Below, in pieces: positions 58,757-64,000 of a stretch of DNA of 64,000 nucleotides. Origin of the DNA: Clostridia bacterium (GTDB lineage Bacteria; Bacillota; Clostridia; UMGS1883; UMGS1540). The stretch is from contig JAFZQX010000034.1 of NCBI GenBank assembly GCA_017620205.1, forward strand, positions 14,506 to 78,505, in the 5' to 3' direction. Position numbers and translations under genes: made by a program. The notes under the pieces are model-generated. The model worked only from the letters and a program-made list of their open reading frames with translations. It was not told where the DNA came from and searched no databases. Numbering within the stretch: the stretch's first letter is position 1; each line of letters starts with the position of its first letter.

Positions 58757-59631
58757 GTTCAATAAGAAAAATGCCACTGCCTTTTCGATATCCCGGCGGT
58801 AAGTTCTATGCGCTTAATATTCTAAAACCCTTTTGGTACGGAATTGAGCACGACGAATACAGAGAGCCTTTCGCAGGCGGTGCAACTGTGTTTTTCAATA
58901 AACCAAAATCTCAAAACACGTGGCTAAATGATCTCGATGACGAACTCATGTGTTGCTATCGTGTTTTGCAAGATCCGGAAATGCGCGTCCGGCTTGCATC
59001 CGAATTTGAAACGGAAGTCGCCTCCAGAAAACGTTGGAAAGAGTACTTCGACACCACTCCGTCAAATGACTACGAAACCGGTAAAAAGTATTATTATCTC
59101 AACAGAACCTCTTTCAGCGGAAAGCTTGTCTCCGCCGCCTGGGGATATCGTCCTAAAAGAAGTTTACCCCCGGAACGTTGGAAAGAACGGATTCTCCCTT
59201 GCGGCAAATACCTTGAAGGCGTTAAACTTACAAGCCTCGATTTTGCAGATGTGGTAAACGTTCCCGGAGACAACGTTTTAATGTACATCGACCCTCCATA
59301 CTATCTTCCGCCCAAGCATAAGCATTACCGATTTGGCTTTGACAAAGAAGACCACTTAAGGCTTGCAGAAGAGCTGAAAAAAACAAGGCACAAGTTTTTC
59401 CTGACTTATGAAGACTGTCCCGAAATACGTGCGTTGTATAGTTGGGCTAATATTTATGATGTCAACTTCTTCTATCGCGTTGACAATTCTGCTGTCCGCG
59501 GCGGCGAAAGGAAAATGGGCTTTGAGTTGATCATATCAAATTATGAGCCAACAGGGGGCTTTTCGTCGATGTCAAAGGCAGCTGCGGAGAGTTCGCAAAT
59601 ATCTATGTTTGATTTGATGGGAGAAAAATAA
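58753..59631 (+). CDS. Dam-family (D12, alpha-class) DNA adenine methyltransferase M1
   Basis: PFRYPGGK, EPFAGG, LNDLD, YYLNRTSFSG and YIDPPY motifs. Confidence 0.92.
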   Translation: MSSIRKMPLPFRYPGGKFYALNILKPFWYGIEHDEYREPFAGGATVFFNKPKSQNTWLNDLDDELMCCYRVLQDPEMRVRLASEFETEVASRKRWKEYFDTTPSNDYETGKKYYYLNRTSFSGKLVSAAWGYRPKRSLPPERWKERILPCGKYLEGVKLTSLDFADVVNVPGDNVLMYIDPPYYLPPKHKHYRFGFDKEDHLRLAEELKKTRHKFFLTYEDCPEIRALYSWANIYDVNFFYRVDNSAVRGGERKMGFELIISNYEPTGGFSSMSKAAAESSQISMFDLMGEK

Positions 59632-59632
59632 A

Positions 59633-60466
59633 ATGGATTACATTGCTACGACATATATTCCGTCAAAGCAGAAAGTCAAATCGCCTTTACGCTATCCGGG
59701 AGGTAAATTCTACGCCTTGAAGCATATTATGCCTTATATTGATTGTGTGCCGCATGACGAATATAGGGAGCCTTTTTTAGGGGGCGGTTCTGTGTTTTTT
59801 GCAAAAGAAAAAGCGCAGTATAATATTCTTAACGACTTGGAAACCGATATAATACGCTTTTTTAATGCAATAAAGAATTCCGATACCAGAATTGCGCTTG
59901 CTGCTCTTATGAATAACGAGGTCGCAACCCGCAGCCGTCATGCCGAAGTAAAAGCGATGGTTCCAAAAACACCGCTTCAGGAAGTATTTAAGACATATTA
60001 TCTAAACCGCACATCCTACAGCGGAATCATTAATATGCCCGCTTGGGGATATGCAGACGGCAAAAGCGCGCCTCCCTCAAGTTGGGGAAAGTTTCTGTTT
60101 GATGCGGCCCCAAAGCTTGAGGGCGTTGATCTGTTTTCTCTCGATTTCATGGAAATAATTAAAATGCCTGCTCGCGGTAAGACGGTTCTTATGTACTTGG
60201 ACCCCCCTTATTATCATACAGATCAAAAGCGGGCATATACAAAGCCATTTACCGTTTCCGATCATATTCGTCTCTCAGAAGCGTTAAAGCAGACGGACTT
60301 CTTGTTTTGTCTTTCATACGATAACTGCCCGGAGGTTCGCGAACTATATAATTGGGCAAATCTGTATGATGTCAGCTGGTTATATAATACCGACAACAAG
60401 CCCGGGCAGAGCCGGAAACATGGCAATGAATTGATTATTACGAATTATTCTGTTGTACACAAATGA
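59633..60466 (+). CDS. Dam-family DNA adenine methyltransferase M2
   Basis: PLRYPGGK, EPFLGGG, YYLNRTSYSG and YLDPPY motifs; paralog of M1. Confidence 0.92.
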   Translation: MDYIATTYIPSKQKVKSPLRYPGGKFYALKHIMPYIDCVPHDEYREPFLGGGSVFFAKEKAQYNILNDLETDIIRFFNAIKNSDTRIALAALMNNEVATRSRHAEVKAMVPKTPLQEVFKTYYLNRTSYSGIINMPAWGYADGKSAPPSSWGKFLFDAAPKLEGVDLFSLDFMEIIKMPARGKTVLMYLDPPYYHTDQKRAYTKPFTVSDHIRLSEALKQTDFLFCLSYDNCPEVRELYNWANLYDVSWLYNTDNKPGQSRKHGNELIITNYSVVHK

Positions 60467-60577
60467 AAGTTTAGTTTGAATTCGCGGAAAGCAAGTAGCC
60501 CCAAGGGATTTCAATAATCTCTTGAGGCTGCTTTTTAAATTTTTAAAACACGTTTTCCTTGCTTCAGACCGGGTTTG

Positions 60578-61891
60578 TCAGTCCTCCTTTTTCATTGTAT
60601 CGAGCCACGCCCGGTCTATCAAGTACTGCTGCAATTCAATATATTTTATGTGTTGATGCGAGGCCACTCTCCGCGTGTAAACCTTGTGCTTGGTTAAAGC
60701 CCTCTGCGGAACACAGTAAAATCTCCAATTATAATCGGGCTTTCCCGTTGCCGCCAGTGACAATTGATTTGAATACGGTGGATCTACAGCAATAATAACC
60801 GCTTCAAAATCCGAGTCCATATATAATCTGCTCTGTGTCGGATGGTCATTAACACGTCCTCGTGAGAGCTGCGTTTCACAGTCAACAGTAGTGTCAGCTC
60901 CTTTTAAGCGGCAGCCTCTCCATGTGAGACCCTTAACTTGAAACCGAACAAATGAGTTGTCTGTCTTTTTCAAGACAATATCACATTTATCCGATCTGTC
61001 TAACCCTGTTGCCTTCGCCGGATAAACATGAATACGGTGACTTTTCAGCGTTTTGGTCAAAACGTGTTCGCGTATAAAACCACGCATATTCATGTCCCAT
61101 ATTCTGAAATTGTCTTTTATGAAAATTGCACGAAGAATATAGTCGCTTCGCATATCCAACAACCCGGAACTTTTCGGAAGGCATTCGTTGTCCTCCAAAT
61201 TTAATAAATTTTCCGGAAAAGACAACGTGCCGGTAATCCCAAGATTCCCATATGCATTTATAGTTGCCGGGTCGTTGTTTGGAATAAACATCGGACTCAA
61301 TATGTATTCTGTGTGGCCTTGTACTCTCGGCAATTTTTGCTTGTCTATTATGACCACCCTGAACGGGTGGTAAGAAACCAACCCCACCAAAAAGTCCGCA
61401 AATTCTTCTGCCTTATGATAATAATTGAAAGATTCATTTTGTGATTTTGCTCCGTGTGTTTTATGTGTTTTATACGAAACAATGCCCGTTGAACACCCTG
61501 CCTCGTATGGCGTTTTAAGTTGAAGCGTAAAGCCGTTTATCACTCTGTCAACATCCGAGTCGCCGCCAACTTCAGTACAAACGATGCCGTTTGTATGCAT
61601 CATAGTGTCGAAAACCACTTCAAACGCATGTCCCTTTATTGTTCTGCTAACCTCAGAATGATCGGCAATAATTTCATCAATATCCTGCGCACTGATTCTC
61701 ATCACCGCACATAATAATCCCAGCTTTAAATCCGTAGGCAAATCCGCCGGAGCTTTTTGGAAGTGCTTCTCTGCAAAATCATATATTTCAGCTATTCTTC
61801 CCGATGAAATGTTTTCTTGAATGCCCAGCGTGAACCCGTCTTGTTCGTAATCGGCATGCTCATCTGTATACTTTTGTATTTTTTCTTTCAT
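60578..61891 (-). CDS. Putative Type II restriction endonuclease with two tandem PD-(D/E/Q)xK domains
   Basis: Convergent with two MTases; halves KGHAFE..DVD..QLK and RGFIRE..KCD..QVK. Confidence 0.7.
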   Translation of the reverse strand: MKEKIQKYTDEHADYEQDGFTLGIQENISSGRIAEIYDFAEKHFQKAPADLPTDLKLGLLCAVMRISAQDIDEIIADHSEVSRTIKGHAFEVVFDTMMHTNGIVCTEVGGDSDVDRVINGFTLQLKTPYEAGCSTGIVSYKTHKTHGAKSQNESFNYYHKAEEFADFLVGLVSYHPFRVVIIDKQKLPRVQGHTEYILSPMFIPNNDPATINAYGNLGITGTLSFPENLLNLEDNECLPKSSGLLDMRSDYILRAIFIKDNFRIWDMNMRGFIREHVLTKTLKSHRIHVYPAKATGLDRSDKCDIVLKKTDNSFVRFQVKGLTWRGCRLKGADTTVDCETQLSRGRVNDHPTQSRLYMDSDFEAVIIAVDPPYSNQLSLAATGKPDYNWRFYCVPQRALTKHKVYTRRVASHQHIKYIELQQYLIDRAWLDTMKKED

Positions 61892-62003
61892 ATCTGTCGT
61901 CCTTCTCCCCGTTTCATCCGTATATCAGCGTTTCCGGTTTTTTCACGTTTTATCTTTCATATCAATAAAGCTTTTTTCGTTTCTTACAATATCACACATA
62001 ATT

Positions 62004-62032
62004 ATTATATCAGAACCGGGATTATAAATCAA
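62004..62032 (-). promoter_or_regulatory. sigmaA promoter of putative endonuclease
   Basis: TTGATT-17-TATAAT on the minus strand. Confidence 0.6.
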
Positions 62033-62238
62033 CGGATTATGATCAACACGGACTTTTTTCACTTTTATTATAAGTGTTTATTCCCATATCGCTAAACAAG
62101 CTTTGCTTTATAAAAGAAACGTGCATTTTTCGGAAAAGCCTCGCTGCGACGCGGTGCGGGTGGTGTTATGGAATTCAGTTAAAAGAAAAAGCCTTACAGA
62201 ACATAAAGTCCCATAAGGCTGTCGATGCGCAAGTGTGA

Positions 62239-63108
62239 TTAAAAATCTATTCTGTACATATTTCCGTAATGGTTTGTAAAATAACAAATATCCTTATCAA
62301 AGCTTATCATTTCAGGCTCTTTATCTAAGCCGAAATCTTCGAATTTTACAACGCTCTCTTCTTTTTTCTCCCGCGTATCAATAATACGGAGGATTGGCGG
62401 AATACCGGAGGTGCTGTCGAATCCTTCGAGCGAGTATATCTTTCCATTATGGCAGCATGCGCCCTGCATGTAATTTTGATAGCCGCAGTCAAAATAATCA
62501 CAAATATCGCTTGTTTTGAGCACTACTTTTTCGGCGCCGTATTCCGGTGACATTTCTCCGTCGCCTATCTTCGGCACTTCAAAGGAAAAAAACCTTGTTG
62601 TCTGTGTGTTGTCGCGCATAGTAAATGCATAAAACTTATCATTTTCCGTATCAACCGCAAAGTTTCCGTACGGTCTTACATCTTCCTTTTCTCCTTCGGA
62701 TTTCCAAAGCTTTTTATCTTCGGTAAATCCTATCTCAATAATTTGCAAGAGCGTAGATTTAAAGCTTTTTTCTGTTTTTTGCAAACGGTAAACAAGGCAC
62801 ACTCCAACGAGTTTATTCTCGGACTCGCTGTAGTTGTTATATATGTTTGTATACAACAGCGGAAATTCATCTTTCTCATCATAAAATTTATTTCCGAATA
62901 CAACCGAATTGCTGTGCGGCGCTATTAAATCAATTTTATCCAATGTAAACTCAGTAAAACAAGCGGCTTCTTTGTCTTTATAATTTTTAAGACTCTCCAT
63001 TTCGTAAACCGTACATACTCCCGCATGATTTAAACTGAAAAAATAACCGTTATATATCGCGCCGTCCTGTCTCTCGGTTTTTACCTTTGAAAAAGGTTTA
63101 ATTATCAT
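62239..63108 (-). CDS. Hypothetical cytoplasmic protein, possibly a beta-propeller
   Basis: GAGG RBS; QDGAIYNG and QGACCHNGKIY blade-like repeats. Confidence 0.7.
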   Translation of the reverse strand: MIIKPFSKVKTERQDGAIYNGYFFSLNHAGVCTVYEMESLKNYKDKEAACFTEFTLDKIDLIAPHSNSVVFGNKFYDEKDEFPLLYTNIYNNYSESENKLVGVCLVYRLQKTEKSFKSTLLQIIEIGFTEDKKLWKSEGEKEDVRPYGNFAVDTENDKFYAFTMRDNTQTTRFFSFEVPKIGDGEMSPEYGAEKVVLKTSDICDYFDCGYQNYMQGACCHNGKIYSLEGFDSTSGIPPILRIIDTREKKEESVVKFEDFGLDKEPEMISFDKDICYFTNHYGNMYRIDF

Positions 63109-63224
63109 AATCTCTGCCTCCTAAGCTAATACCTTACCACACATTATTAATATGCTACCATAAAATAACCGGAATTTCAATATCATAATATAAATTATTA
63201 CGAATCGCCTTTTTTTAAAATGAA

Positions 63225-63333
63225 ATACCCGTCCGCAAAAGCGCAGAAGGCGCAAAACCGAAAAGGAAAAGCAAGGTAACGGGCGGATATTTTCTGCAAA
63301 GAAAAACGGAGCAAAGTATACTTTGCTCCGACG
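63225..63333 (-). repeat. Structured element abutting the tRNA 3' end
   Basis: Begins CGTCGGAGC immediately after the CCA; contains a perfect 24-bp palindrome (63307-63330). Confidence 0.55.
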
Positions 63334-63420
63334 TGGTGCACCCGAGGAGACTTGAACTCCTATGAAATTGCTTTCACACGGACCTGAACCGTGCGCGTCT
63401 GCCAATTCCGCCACGGGTGC
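63334..63420 (-). tRNA. tRNA-Leu(CAG)
   Basis: 87 nt; CACGG-TTCAGGT-CCGTG anticodon arm, long variable arm, encoded CCA. Confidence 0.95.
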
Positions 63421-63504
63421 AAATATAAATGTCTGAAGTGCCCGCAAGCGGGCACTTCAGTATTATACAACATATTAAAACAAATTACAATACTTTTTTA
63501 AATA

Positions 63505-64000
63505 TTATATTCCGTTTGCGTTGAGCCAGCTTATATAGTCGGAATAAGAAGGTCTTGCGTTTATAAGCTGATTTTTAACTGCCTTTGTATAGTCGTTTAT
63601 ATAGCCGTTGCTGATTACAACAGGCACGCCCGTGCAGTTATAATAAATAAACTTCGCGTCCTCGCACATAAGTCTTATACATCCGTGCGAAGCCTTGCTG
63701 CCGAGAGCATTGTATCCCGCGCGGCTGAGCGCGCCGTAGTATCTTCCGTTTAAGGGAATAGAGTGGAAGCAAACATCGCCCACTATCTGACTTGCGTACA
63801 TAACATAGCAGTTATATTTAGAGAACAGATACCATCTTCCGAGGGGATGAATGTAAAAAGTGCCGTTCGGCGTTGCGCTTCCTACGCCCGTGCTGCAAAG
63901 CATGTGCCTGATTTCGGCTGTGTTTCCGGCGGGGTCTTTGCCGTAAACCGTTATAATCTGCGCCGCCTGATTTACACCGACACTTGAAACTCTGTATTCC
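63505..64000 (-). CDS. L,D-transpeptidase (YkuD) domain protein, 5' end outside the window
   Basis: CSTG..TP.GTF, FHS and SHGCIRL catalytic motif; frame is open to the window edge. Confidence 0.88.
   Translation of the reverse strand, partial: EYRVSSVGVNQAAQIITVYGKDPAGNTAEIRHMLCSTGVGSATPNGTFYIHPLGRWYLFSKYNCYVMYASQIVGDVCFHSIPLNGRYYGALSRAGYNALGSKASHGCIRLMCEDAKFIYYNCTGVPVVISNGYINDYTKAVKNQLINARPSYSDYISWLNANGI

Noticed and set aside
60760-60800. DPPY motif in the putative endonuclease suggesting a third MTase
   Set aside because: No SAM-binding FxGxG motif; the context aligns with the nuclease-like repeat, so likely coincidental
58340-63333. Intact prophage, ICE or IS at tRNA-Leu
   Set aside because: No integrase, transposase, relaxase or phage genes; left boundary not identifiable
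63121-63447. 108-aa ORF
   Set aside because: Translation of the tRNA-Leu gene and its flank

Overview
64 kb of chromosomal DNA from a spore-forming anaerobic Clostridia bacterium (spoIIR with a sigmaF-type promoter, tig-clpP-clpX, many sigmaA TTGACA/TATAAT promoters). Housekeeping content: cstA, cls, a cyclophilin, gap, tig-clpP-clpX, alr, argJ, rarA, glyA, nth and tRNA-Thr, -Tyr and -Leu. A 10-gene operon with a Rex box encodes an electron-bifurcating-type [FeFe]-hydrogenase (HndABCD-like) plus an embedded HydS/kinase/DRTGG/PHP module. The window is rich in secreted modular proteins with three different putative surface modules: SLH, copper-amine-oxidase-N ('stalk'), and an unnamed ~90-aa C-terminal domain ending V-x-[VI]-[FY]-T-W-x4-G-[ML]-x-P-L. 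An accessory region downstream of tRNA-Leu holds stalk-domain paralogs, an SseB-like protein and a restriction-modification locus (two Dam-type MTases, a convergent endonuclease built of two homologous PD-QxK domains, and a small AbrB-like leader gene). Also seen: several hairpin-based dispersed repeats and two gene relics. Top candidates for novelty: the RM locus and its putative AbrB-like controller, the shared C-terminal domain, a stalk/RsiV-like/chagasin fusion, and a head-to-head nonamer/mini-hairpin array. All family calls come from reading motifs by eye; no searches were run.
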